In this document: one piece after another, positions 51,396 through 62,497 of the stretch
How positions within the stretch are numbered: the stretch's first letter is position 1
Layout: each line of letters begins with the position of its first letter
Source of the DNA: Pristiophorus japonicus
Taxonomy: Eukaryota
Length of the DNA stretch: 64,000 nucleotides
Direction: 5' to 3'
Assembly (NCBI RefSeq): GCF_044704955.1
Contig: NC_091987.1
Span: forward strand, 219,728,001 to 219,792,000
Notes under the pieces: model-generated
What the model saw: only the letters and a program-made list of their open reading frames with translations
The model's database searches: none
Told to the model about the DNA's origin: nothing
Made by a program: the position numbers and the translations under genes

Positions 51396-52189
51396 AAGAG
51401 TAGACAGAATGGGATGGCTGGCCTCCTGTGCTGGAAACATCGGTTACTAATTAAACAGAATCACATCTGCAAAACAGCTAAAATAAAATTATTCATCTGG
51501 TAGTTTCATCCCGTGCATAACTTTACCAAAGTCTGTGGGTGTCGGTATGAGCCACCGATTATCCGGTCCATTACTTCCCCAGGTGTGATTGCAAAGTCCC
51601 GGGGGCTTTTACCAACCAGCCGCCTTTATACTAAGCACAGGGCGAGAGGGGGAGGGAGTCTTTGAATATTGATCACAAACCTTCATCTCCAGCACCGGGA
51701 ACATACGCTGCGTCTCACAAACCACGGCTCGGAACGGTCAACTCTGCTGACATACAATCTTCTCACAGAACTCGACACACAGCTTCAAACCAATCACATG
51801 ATATCTTCCAGAGTCTGAGGCAACACTCGTGAGAAAGAACCGGGCTTTAAATATCCCACACAAGGTCCCAAAGCGTTTCACGGCAGTTTGTGAGCTCTCT
51901 CCCCGCTTCTCCTGAAGGGATTGACCAAACAACACCCTCACTCCGGGGGCCCGTGTTCAAATGTAAGACCAGTCAATGAGTATTGCAGGACATTCAACCA
52001 TGGGGGGGATCACAGTCCAGCCTGAAATACTCTCCAGCAGTGATTGGTGGGTAGTGATCAGGAGCGGGACCTGTGGCTGAATTAACCCCGACCCTAACCC
52101 GGGGTGCTGAGGCTAATTGTTATTGTGATGCCATTTGTTAGTTATCAGTCACTCAGCACTGACTGGGGGGTGGGAGGCCAGGCACTAGG

Positions 52190-52365
52190 GGAGGGGGAGA
52201 AGGGGTACCGGTGGTGGGGAGGGAAGTGTGGGTGGGGGGCGGGGGGAGAAGGGGTACCGGTGGTGGGGAGGGAAGTGTGGGTGTGGGGTGTGTGGGGGGC
52301 GGGGGGAGAAGGGGTACCGGTGGTGGGGAGGGAAGTGGGGTGTGTAGGGGGCGGGGGGCGATAGG
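52190..52365. repeat. Short G-rich tandem repeat (about 3 units of 50-60 bp)
   Basis: GGGGGAGAAGGGGTACCGGTGGTGGGGAGGGAAGTG occurs three times. Confidence 0.85.
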
Positions 52366-52467
52366 GGAAATGAAGCCATGTTGAGGCGAGGGCAGTATAT
52401 ACGGGATGTAATGATGCTCCTTGAACCAGTCGTTGCCACAACACAGGCCACACTGGGAGCCTCTTAC

Positions 52468-52547
52468 CCGCAGTCACACAGCTCGCACAGGCACGAAAAC
52501 TCCGGGAACTCCAAGTCCTCTAGTCTCCCCACATCTCTCAGGGCCAT
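52468..52547 (-). CDS. SAXO-like gene first coding exon (MALRDVGRLEDLEFPEFSCLCELCDCG)
   Basis: Kozak-like context acaATGG and donor CGG|gtaaga. CxCELCxCG motif as in the SAXO1/2 N-terminus (recalled). Confidence 0.88.
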
Positions 52548-52681
52548 TGTAAATAAATGTTTCTTGTTGAAAAGCGTTCCTACAGGACAAGCGCTCAGAA
52601 AGCGACGATTGCTGTCTCGAGTGCACGGCGTGTGTGCGAGCAGCTCCTGCAATGATGCTCTGAGCCCTTCAGTGTATGTCT

Positions 52682-52695
52682 GTTACCATAGCGCT
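52682..52695. promoter_or_regulatory. RFX X-box-like motif GTTACCATAGCGCT
   Basis: Partial match to GTTRCCATRGYAAC, 135 bp upstream of the ATG of a probable ciliary gene. Confidence 0.45.
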
Positions 52696-52806
52696 TCCCC
52701 ACTCGCTGGGAGATCATTCCAGTGTGAAAGCGATAATGAGGTCTGCAGGTGGCGCTAACCACAGGCTCACCTGTCAGGTGACACTTTAAACACAACCCTC
52801 AGCCAA

Positions 52807-52976
52807 GAGGTGGGCACCGGAGGGACTGGAGTGCATCATCACGCCCGGCAACCAAATTTTAATTTGATTTTACGTTTTTAAGTTTAATTTGTTTTAATTG
52901 CCGGTGCTTTTAGTGTCCCCCGCTCCTTTTATAGGGGGCACTGGAAAAATTTGATTTTAGTGCCCAAAAAAAAAAC
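52807..52976 (+). mobile_element. Short Tx1-like 3' fragment
   Basis: Near-identical to ~39698-39865. 14-bp TSD CAACCCTCAGCCAA at 52793-52806 and 52977-52990; ends in an A-run. Confidence 0.88.
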
Positions 52977-53044
52977 CAACCCTCAGCCAATCCGCATTGG
53001 CCCAGCCCAAAGCCTTAAAATAGCAACCTTCCAACTGCAATTCC

Positions 53045-54010
53045 TTTCAGTGGGGTAGCACTCCCGCCTCTTGAGGGAGTGCCGCACTGTCGGAGGGGCA
53101 GTACTGAGGGAGTGCCGCACTGTCGGAGGGGCAGTACTGAGGGAGTGCCGCACTGTCGGAGGGGCAATACTGAGGGAGTGCTGCACTGTCGGAGGGGCAG
53201 TACTGAGGGAGTGCCGCACTGTCAGAGGGGCAATACTGAGGGAGCGCCGCACTGTCGGAGGGGCAATACTGAGGGAGTGCCGCACTGTCGGAAGGGCAAT
53301 ACTGAGGGAGTGCTGCACTGTCGGAGGGGCAGTACTGAGGGAGTGCCGCACTGTCAGAGGGGCAATACTGAGGGAGCGCCGCACTGTCGGAGGGGCAATA
53401 CTGAGGGAGTGCTGCACTGTCGGAGGGGCAGTACTGAGGGAGTGCCGCACTGTCGGAGGGGCAATACTGAGGGAGCGCCGCACTGTCGGAGGGGCAGTAC
53501 TGAGGGAGCGCCACACTGTCGGAGGGGCAGTACTGAGGGAGCGCCGCACTGTCGGAGAGGCAGTACTGAGGGAGTGCCGCACTGTCGGAGAGGCAGTACT
53601 GAGGGAGTGCCGCACTGTCGGAGGGGCAGTACTGAGGGAGCGCCGCACTGTCGGAGAGGCAGTACTGAGGGAGCACCGCACTGTCAGAGGCGCTGTCTTT
53701 TGGATGAGACGTTAAACTGTCGCCCCACTTACCTTCTCAGGACGTAAAAGATCCCATGGTCCTATTTCAAAGAGCAGCAGATTTATTTTCGGTGTCCTGG
53801 CCAAGATTTAACCCCCAATCAACATCACTAAAAGAGATTATCTGTTCATTATCACATTGCTGTTTGTGGGAGCTTGCTGTACACAAATTGGCTGCCCTGT
53901 TTCCTACATTACAACAGTGACCACACTTTAAAAGTACTTCGTTGGCTGTACAGCGTTTTGGAACATCCTGAGGTTGTGAACGGCGCTCTAGAAATTCAAG
54001 TATTTTTAGT
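53045..54010 (+). mobile_element. SacSINE1/DeuSINE-like SINE with an internal 33-bp array
   Basis: tRNA-like head (TCAGTGGGGTAGCACTCCCGCCTC), then the array, then SINE body and tail. Confidence 0.78.
53073..53690. repeat. 33-bp minisatellite (GAGGGAGTGCCGCACTGTCGGAGGGGCAGTACT), about 19 units
   Basis: Direct tandem repeat. Confidence 0.97.
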
Positions 54011-54169
54011 TTTTAATACCTAATTGTTCTGTCGTAGTCTCCTGAACGGGGTGAATGGTCCTAAGGGGTAGACTCTCACGTTTAGTGTCCTATGGTTCCT
54101 CGCTCAAATGGCCACTCTCCTTATGTGAGCTTAGACAGTGAATGATGGCGGGATCTTCGGCTGTGACAG

Positions 54170-57100
54170 GCAGAATAAAAAAACAAATTATTATTTAAAG
54201 GGGGAGAGATTACAAAATGCTCCAGAACAGAGAGACCTGGGGGTCCTTGTACATGAAACACAAACAGTTAGTATGCAGGTACAGCAAGTAATCAGGAAGG
54301 CAAATGGAATGTTGGCCTTTATTGCAAGGGGGATAGAGTATAAAAGTAGGGAAGTCTTGTTACAACTGTTCAGGGCATTGTTGAGACCACACCTGGAGTA
54401 CTGCGTACAGTTTTGGTCTTCTTATTTAAGGAGGGATATACTTGCATTGGAGGCAGTTCAGAGAAGGTTCACTCGGTTGATTCCTGAGATGATAGCACAT
54501 TTCAGGAGGCAGTCACCCCGCAGCTTAAAGGTGTGCACGTAGAGGGGTCGTGGGTGACCACCAGACTCAGTAAGTGTGCGAAGCAGGTAACGCAGGAGTC
54601 CCTCCGTGAGTCCATTTCACTTTCAAACCAATATTCAGTCTGAGTATCGGTAAGGGCGATGGTGCCTCTGGGGAGTGCAGCCAGAGCCAATTCCAAGGCA
54701 CCACGGGTGGCTCAGCTGCACAGGGGGGAGGGACAAAGAACAAAAGGGCCCTAGTGATAGGGGAGTCTATAGTTAGGGGAACAGACAGGCGTTTCTGTGG
54801 TCGCAGACATGACTCCCGAATGGTTTTGTGCCTCCCTGGTGTCAGGGTCAAGGATGTCACAGAGCAGACACAGGGCATCCTGGGGGGGTGGGGGGGGGCG
54901 GGGGGGAGGGTAAACAGCTAGAGGTCGTGGTCCATATCGGGACCAACGACATCGGTAAAATGAGGGATGAGGTCCTACAGGAAGAATTCTGGGAGCTAGT
55001 AAGAAAATTAAAGGATAGGACCTCAAAGGTAGTAATCTCCGGGTTACTACCGATGCCGCGTGCTAATGAGTACAAGAATAGAAGGATAGAGAGGATGAAC
55101 ATGTGGCTGGAAAGTTGGTGTAGGAGGGAGGGCTTTAAATTCTTGAGGCATTGGGACCGCTTCTGGGGAGATGGGACCTGTACAAACCGGCCGGGTTACA
55201 CCTCAACAGCGCGGGGACCAATATCCTCACGGGGAGTTTTGCTAGTGCTGTTGGGGAGAGTTTAAACTGGCTTGGCAGGGGGATGGGAACCTGAGAACAA
55301 ATTCAATAGGGAAAGAAGTAAAGCAGAAATTGGATAGCCAGAATCTAGAAAGTGAATCTGTAAGATAGAGGAAACAGGGCTTAGTATGTAGTAAGCAAGG
55401 AGGTCTTCCTATGCTGAATGGTCTATACTTTAATGCAAGGAGTATAGCGAATAAAGCAAATGAGCTAAGAGCACAGGTAGACACTGGGGAGTAGGACATT
55501 ATAGCTATTACAGAAACATGGCTGAAAGAGGGGCAGGTTTGGGAGATCAATATTCCTGGCTACAGGATTTTTAGACAAGATAGAGAGGGGGATAAAAAGG
55601 TGGGGAGTCGCGGTACTGATTAAAGAAACTATTACAGCAGTGAGGAGGGATGATATGTTAGAGGGATCAGCAAATGAGGCCATATGGGTCGAATTGAAAA
55701 ATAAAAAAGGACCGATGACACTGCTGGGCGTGTATTATAGACCCCCAGTGGGAGGGAGATAGAGCAGCAAATATGTCGGCAAATTGCTGTGATGTCCAAA
55801 AACCATAGTGTAGTAATAGTAGGGGATTTTAACTATCCAAATATTGATTGGGACAAATTTAGTGTGAAGGGTACAGAGAGTGTGGAATTCTTGAAATACA
55901 TTCAAGAGAATTTTTTTAGTCAGTATATAGCAAGCCCAACATGAGAGGGGGCAGTCTTGGATTTAGTTTTGGGGAATGAAGCTGGGCAGGTTGAAGGGGT
56001 ATTAGTGGGGGAGCATTTGGGTGCCAGTGACCATAATTCAGTCAGATTCAAGTTAGTTATGGATAAGGACAAGAATAGGTCTGGAATAAAAGGTCCGAAT
56101 TGGGGAAAAACTAATTTTGCTAAGTTGTGGAATGATTTGGCCCTAGTGGACAGGAACCAGCTACTTGTGGGTAAATCGGTGTCGGAACAGTGGGAGGCAT
56201 TCAAGGAGGAGATCCGGAAGGCTCAGACCAAACATGTGCCCTTAAAGATAACGGCTGGGAAAAATAATTCTAGAGCCCGCTGGATATCTAGGGACTTACA
56301 GAGGAGGATTAAGAAAAAAGGGACACTTATGTCATATATCAATGGCTAAATACTTTAGAATCTTTAGAGAATATAGAAAGTTAAGAGGTAAAATTAAAAA
56401 GTATATTAGGAATGCTAAGAGAGAGCACGAGAAATTCTCGGCCAGTAAAATTAAGTACAACCCTAAGATGTTCTATAAATATATTAAGAGTAAGAGAGTA
56501 ACTAAAGAAAGAGTAGGGGCTATTAGAGACCATGAGGGTAATCTTTGTGTGGAGGTAGAAGATGTTGGTAGGGTTCTTAACGAATACTTTGCATCTGTTT
56601 TCACAAAGGAAAGGAGTAATGCAGATACTGCTATCGAGGTGGAGTGTGATATTCTGGATGAAATAAATATAGTGAGAGAGGAAGTATTAAGGGATTTAGC
56701 AGCTTTGAAAGTAGATAAGTCCCCAGGCCCGGATGAAATGCATCCCAGGTTGTTGAACGAAGTAAAAGAGGAAATAGCAGAAGCCTTGACCATCATTTTC
56801 CAGTCCTCTTTGGATCTGGGCATGATGCCGGAGGATTGGAGGACTGCTAATGTAGTACCCTTGTTTAACAAGGGAGAAAGGAATAGGCCGAGTAATTACT
56901 GGCCTGTCAGCCTAACCTCAGTGGTGGGAAAATTATTGGAAAAAATCCTGAAAGACAGGATAAATCTGCATTTGGAAAGGTAAGGATTAATTAGAGACAG
57001 TCAGCACGGATTTGTTAAGGGAAGATCATGTTTGACTAACCTGATTGAATTTTTTGAGGAGGTAACCAAGAGGGTCGATGAGGGTAGTGCATACGATGAA

Positions 57101-59045
57101 GTATATATGGACTTTAGCAAAGCTTTTGATAAGGTCCCACATGGTCGACTGGTCACGAAGGTTAAAGCCCATGGGATACAGGGAAAGTGGCAAGTTGGAT
57201 CCAAAATTGGCTTGGAGGTAGGAAGCAAAGGGAAATGATTGATGGATGTTTTTGTGACTGGAAGGATATTTCCAGTGGGGTTCCGCAGGGGTGGTATATA
57301 TCAACGATTTAGATTTGAATATAGGGAGTATGATTAAGAGGTTTGCAGACGACACTAAAATTGGCTGTGTGGTTGATAATGAAGAGGAAAGTCATGGGCT
57401 GCAGGAGGATATCAATCTACTGGTCAGGTGGGCAGAGCAGTGGCAAATGGAATTTAATTCAGAGAAGTGTGAGGTGATGCACTTTGGGAGGGCTAATAAG
57501 GAAAGGGTATACACATTAAGTGGTAGGCCACTTAATAGTGTAGATGAACAAAGGGACCTTGGAGTGCTTGTCCACAGATCCCTGAAAGTAGCAGGCCAGG
57601 TGGATAAGGTGGTTAAGAAGGCATACGGAATGCTTGCCTTTATTGGCCGAGGCATAGAATATAAGAGCAGGGTGGTTATGCTTAAATTGTATAATACTTT
57701 AGTAAGGCCACAGCTAGAGTACTGCGTGCAGTTCTGGTCGCCGTATTATAGGAAGGACATGATTGCACTAGAGAGGGTGCAGAGGAGATTTACTAGGATG
57801 CTGCCTGGAATGGAGAATCTTAGTTATGAGGACAGATTGGTTCTCATTGGACCAGAGGAGGTTGAGAGGAGACCTCATTGAGGTGTACAAAATATTGAGG
57901 GGCCTGGATATAGTGGATAGTAAGGGTCTATTTCCATTGGTGGAGGGGTCTATTACGAGGGGGCATAGTTTTAAGGTGGTTGGTGGAAGGTTTAGAGGGG
58001 ATTTGAGGGGGGGCTTCTTTACGCAGAGGGTTGTGGGGATCTGGAACTCGCTGCCTGGAAGAGTGGTGGATGCAGAAACCCTCACCACTTTTAAGAGATA
58101 GTTGGATGGGCACTTAAAGTGCAGTAACCTGCAGGGTTACGGACCTAGAGCTGGTAATTGGGATTAGACTGGATGACCTTTTGTTGGACGGAGCAGATAT
58201 AATGGTAAGTACTGCAGGGAACAGAATACGGCCATGAATCTCCTGGACAAGTGTCAATCGCCTGGATGGGTCGGAGAGGAATTTTCCCAGATTTTTTCTC
58301 CCTAAATTGGCCTGGGTTTTTATCTGGTTTTTGCCTCTCCCAGGAGATCACATGGCTCCGGTTGGGGTGGAGTGTAGAATGTTTCAGTATAAGGGGTGTC
58401 ACAGTTGTGTGAGGCGGACTGGTTGGGCTGGGTGCTCTTTGCCTTTTCGTCATTTTCATTGGTTTATATGTAACCTTTAGGGCTGCTGACCGAGGGCCGT
58501 GCGGCTCTTTGTCGGCCGGTGTGGACACGATGGGCCGGAATGGCCTCCTTCTGCATTGTAAATTTCTGTGTTTCTATGAAGGGGTTGTCGTATGAAGAAA
58601 GGTTGAGCAGGTTGGGCCTGTACTCATTGAAGTTTAGGAGAATGAGAGGTGATCTTATTAAAACGTATAAGATTCTAAGGGGGCTAGAGATGGTAGATGC
58701 AGAGAGGATGTTTCCCCTCATGGGGAAATCTAGAACTAGGGGGCATAGTTTTAGAATAAGGGGCCGCCCATTTAAAACTGAGATGAGGAGGAATTTCTTC
58801 TCTCAGAGGGTCGTGAATCTTTGGAATTCTCAACCCCGGAGAGCTGTGGAGGCTGGGACATTGAATATATTTAAGGTGGATATAGACAGATTTTTGAACG
58901 ATAAGGGAGTGAAGGGTTATGGGGAACGGGCAGGAAGTGGAGCTGAGCCCAAGATCAGATCAGCCATGAATTATTGAATGGCGGAGCAGGCTCGAGGGGC
59001 CAAATGGCCTACTCCTGCTTCTATTTCTTAAGTTCTTATGTTATG
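54170..59045 (+). mobile_element. CR1 3' fragment split at ATGA (54489-54492 / 58576-58579) by a nested long CR1
   Basis: The peptide RLIPEM is continued by MKGLSYEERL after the insert. Confidence 0.9.
54493..58575 (+). mobile_element. Near full-length CR1 (ORF1 SGNH esterase, ORF2 EN/RT, long 3' UTR), frameshifted
   Basis: Peptides VVVHIGTNDIG, VVISGLLP, DLVLGNE..SDHNSV, YMDFSKAFDKVPH and FADDTK. Confidence 0.93.
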
Positions 59046-59185
59046 TAACCTGATGCGTTACACTGAGCTTAAAGCTCAATTAAAGAAACAATGGTGTGTG
59101 TGCACGTACTGCTGCCTGGGCACTGCAGCTCCAGGCCTGGCCAGCAGGGTGTGCTCGGGGGCTGCTGGGTTACCGAGTGGGATTT

Positions 59186-60196
59186 CATCATCATCAGCAA
59201 TCCCTTAAAATCGAGGAAGACTTGCTTCCACTCTAAAAAGCGAGTTCTTAGCTGACTGAACAGTCCAATACGGGAATTACAATCTGTCACAGGTGGGACA
59301 GACAGTGGTTGAAGGAAAGGGAGGGTGGGACTGGTTTGCCGCACGCCCCTTCCGCTGCCTGCGCTTGGTTTCTGCATGCTCTCGGCGACGAGACTCGAGG
59401 TGCTCAGTGCCCTCCCGGATGCTCTTCCTCCATTTAGGGCGGTCCTGGGCCAGGGACTCCCAGGTGCCGGTGGGGATGTTGCATTTTATCAAGGAGGCTT
59501 TGAGGGTGTCCTTGAAACGTTTCCTCTGCCCACCTGGGGCTCGCTTGCCGTGTAGGAGTTCCGAGTAGAGCGCTTGCTTTGGGAGTCTTGTGTCAGGCAT
59601 GCGAACAATATGGCCCACCCAGCGGAGCTGGTTGAGTGTGGTCAGTGCTTCAATGCTGGGGATGTTGGCCTGATCGAGAACACTAACGTTGGTGCGTCTG
59701 TCCTCCCAGGGAATTTGCAGGATCTTGCGGAGACAGTGTTGGTGGTATTTCTCCAGCGACTTGAGGTGTCTACTGTATATGGACCACACCTCAGCCATTC
59801 AGGAGGGCGGGTATCACTGCAGCCCTGTAGACCATGAGCTAGGTGCCAAATTTAGTACGCCAGAGCCAGAGCTACAGTACGCAGACAACGCTTGTGTCTG
59901 CGCACATTCAAAGGCTGAACTCCAAGCCGTCGTCAACATCTTCACTGAGGTGTATGAAAGCATGGGCCTTACACTAAACGTCCGTAAGACAAAGGTCCTC
60001 CACCAACCTGACCCTGCCACACAGCACTGCCCCCCAGTCATCAAGATCCTTGGCGTGGCCATGGACAACGTGGCCCACTTTCCATACCTCGGGAGCCTAT
60101 TATCAGCAAGGGCAGACATCAACAGCGAGGTCCGACACCCCCTCCAGTGCACCGGTGCAGCCTTCGGCCGCCTGAGGAAGAGAGTGTTTGAAGATT
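59186..60196 (-). mobile_element. RTE-clade LINE insertion with an inverted 5' segment
   Basis: (ATG)n tail. Minus-strand QLRWVGHIVRMPDTRLPK and plus-strand LQYADN...FPYLGS. 11-bp TSD GAGTGGGATTT. Confidence 0.9.
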
Positions 60197-60354
60197 GAGT
60201 GGGATTTATAGCGTGCGAGGCTTTCACAAGGAATAAAATGTTAAAAAGGCACAAACATTTTTTGAACAGACAGAATATCCAAGGAGAAGTTTTCTGCCCA
60301 AAACCTTCTCTTGGATCCATGTTGGAATTCCACCGGTGGCTGCAGCCCCAAGAA

Positions 60355-60815
60355 AGAACAACAACAACTTGTATTTATATAGCGCCTTTAAAGTCCCAAG
60401 GCGCTTCACAGGACTATTAGGCAATAAAAATGTGAAAGAAAGTTAGAACTACTTGGATTTCACGGCCACCTAACATCTCAAAGCACTTTACAGCCAATGA
60501 AGTGCTTTGGAGTGTGGTAATGTGGGAAATTCGCGCACAAGCAAGTTCCCACAAACAGCAATGTGACAGTGACCAGATAATCTGTTTTTGTGATGTTGAT
60601 TGAGGGATAAATGTTGAGCAGGACACCAGGAGGACTCCCCTGCTCTTCGAAATAATGCCATGGGATTCTTTATGTCCACTTGAAAGATGGCAACTGAAAG
60701 ACTGCCCCTCCGACAGTGCGGCACTGGAGTGTCAGCCGAGATTATAAACTCAGTCCCAGGACTGAGACCTTCCAGACTCGGACTGAGCCGCGGCTGACCC
60801 AAGGTCCCCAAGTGA
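60355..60815 (-). mobile_element. SacSINE1/DeuSINE-like SINE
   Basis: Reverse complement of the SINE at 53045. Carries a single copy of the 33-bp unit core (CCCCTCCGACAGTGCGGCACT, ~60705-60725). Confidence 0.78.
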
Positions 60816-62019
60816 CCGCCAGTGTCTGGTATCGGGGCGCTGAGTGTCCCCACAGTACTCGGCCTATCTTTAAATGAAGACTCTTGTGAATTAAAGGCGA
60901 TCAGTACAAGATTTACCCCCGCGGACAGAGTCCCTGAGGCGACACAATGACATGTGCTGCAGAGCGACAATCCGTCAAACCACCTCTTTCCTGTTTGTGT
61001 GTGTGAGGCAGCACCTCCCCAACTCGCTGCAAACATCTACTCGGTCTCTTCATCACATTTCAATCGGCTTCCTTCAACTCAATTGAAGATTATTCAGCCG
61101 TTTAAAACAAACCTTTTACTTTTTCCGCTTTGTATAAAGGGTGGAAAGATGCTATTTCACAAACTCCTGCTGATCCTCACCATCCTGCTGTTCGGTAAGA
61201 TGCCCTTTTGGGGCAAAGTTTGATATTTAGCAAAAAAATGAGTCAAACGGCGCCGCTAGTTTTCCGCGATCAGCGAGCGGCTCATAAATCCCATTGAATT
61301 AATTCCCCCCAAATTAAAGTTGCTGCATTCACCGCCTCTGGCTTGTTGGCTGAGACTCTGTTCATGATTATTTACAAGAATAATTTTTATTGATCTCTAC
61401 CTTGGAAATGTTTAAATAAAAATCGCAGCGGAGGGGGGGGGGGGGATTGGTTGTGAAATATATTTATTACAATGGAAAAAGAATAGAAATAAGATGAAAG
61501 CACCTCGCCGTTTATAGGGGACAGTTACTGCGGCCAATTCATTTCCGATAAAACCCATCTTTATGATCAACGGAATTTATTTTTTTTGAGGAAGGGAACG
61601 AAACATTTTTGCCAAAAGTGTTTGAAGTGTTATATCTGGCTGCGCTGCTGTGTTAGAATATTCACAGTCAGAATGTTTGGAGCAAGGTCCAATAAAACTG
61701 CAAAATCCTGGGGATTATAAATTCATGACTTTTTAAAGCCTGGATGTGATTAAAGTTGATAACAACTGTTAATCTATTTCTTTAAAGGTTGAATAATTTA
61801 AAACTAAAGTTGTAGATTGAACAGAAGTAGTTTCCCAACTTTTGAGAATGTAACTGAGATAAATTATTATTTGCAAAGTGCAATTGTTTAATGCCATGTT
61901 ATCCTCTCAGTCTGAACTTCAATACCGAATTATTATATTGCAAAGTTCTTGGGTGGAAAGTTGTTAAGTAGGTCAGTGAGTGAAACCCGGTGTTATTCAC
62001 AATTTAGTATAACCCTTAC

Positions 62020-62220
62020 CGCGCGCACGCGCTCCGCACCGCCCCGCGCCGCGCGCTCCGGGTCCGCCCGCGCGCTCGAGACCCCGCGCGCTCCTGAGGG
62101 CGGCCGCCCGGCACGCATGCGCAGGACCCGCTCCAGCCAATTTCTAGTTTTATATCATTTGTATTTTTCACTTATCATTAAGTAGAAAAGTCTGGTTCAT
62201 ATCCAGCATAACGTCATCAA
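62020..62220 (-). promoter_or_regulatory. Small CpG-rich promoter-like patch with a candidate non-coding first exon
   Basis: Dense non-repetitive CpG, NRF1-like GCATGCGC, CCAAT, CRE-like TGACGTTA, and a donor GCG|GTAAGG at 62019. Confidence 0.45.
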
Positions 62221-62497
62221 GTGTCACACTTCATTACAGATGCAAAACAATCTTTAAAAATGCATCTAAGTAAAAGAAAGCCAGTAATATTGCAGCTGTT
62301 TTTCTGACCTGGAGAATGGATCATTTGCCCCAGTGCCAGCACAGGTCAGGATGGTGGCAGTATCACATCTCAGGTCCGTGAGTGGCCTTAGCTCCAGTCC
62401 CCGAGCCTTTGATCGCTTGCCTCGGCTCCTTCTATAATTACCGCTTGAATGTGGTGTTTGACTGGGCTTGTAATAAATGGGAATATTCATGGCGAAA

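Noticed and set aside
52983-53747. 11-aa repeat ORFs and a CRISPR-like 33-bp period
   Set aside because: Units are head-to-tail with no unique spacers, there are no cas genes, and the array lies within a eukaryotic SINE.
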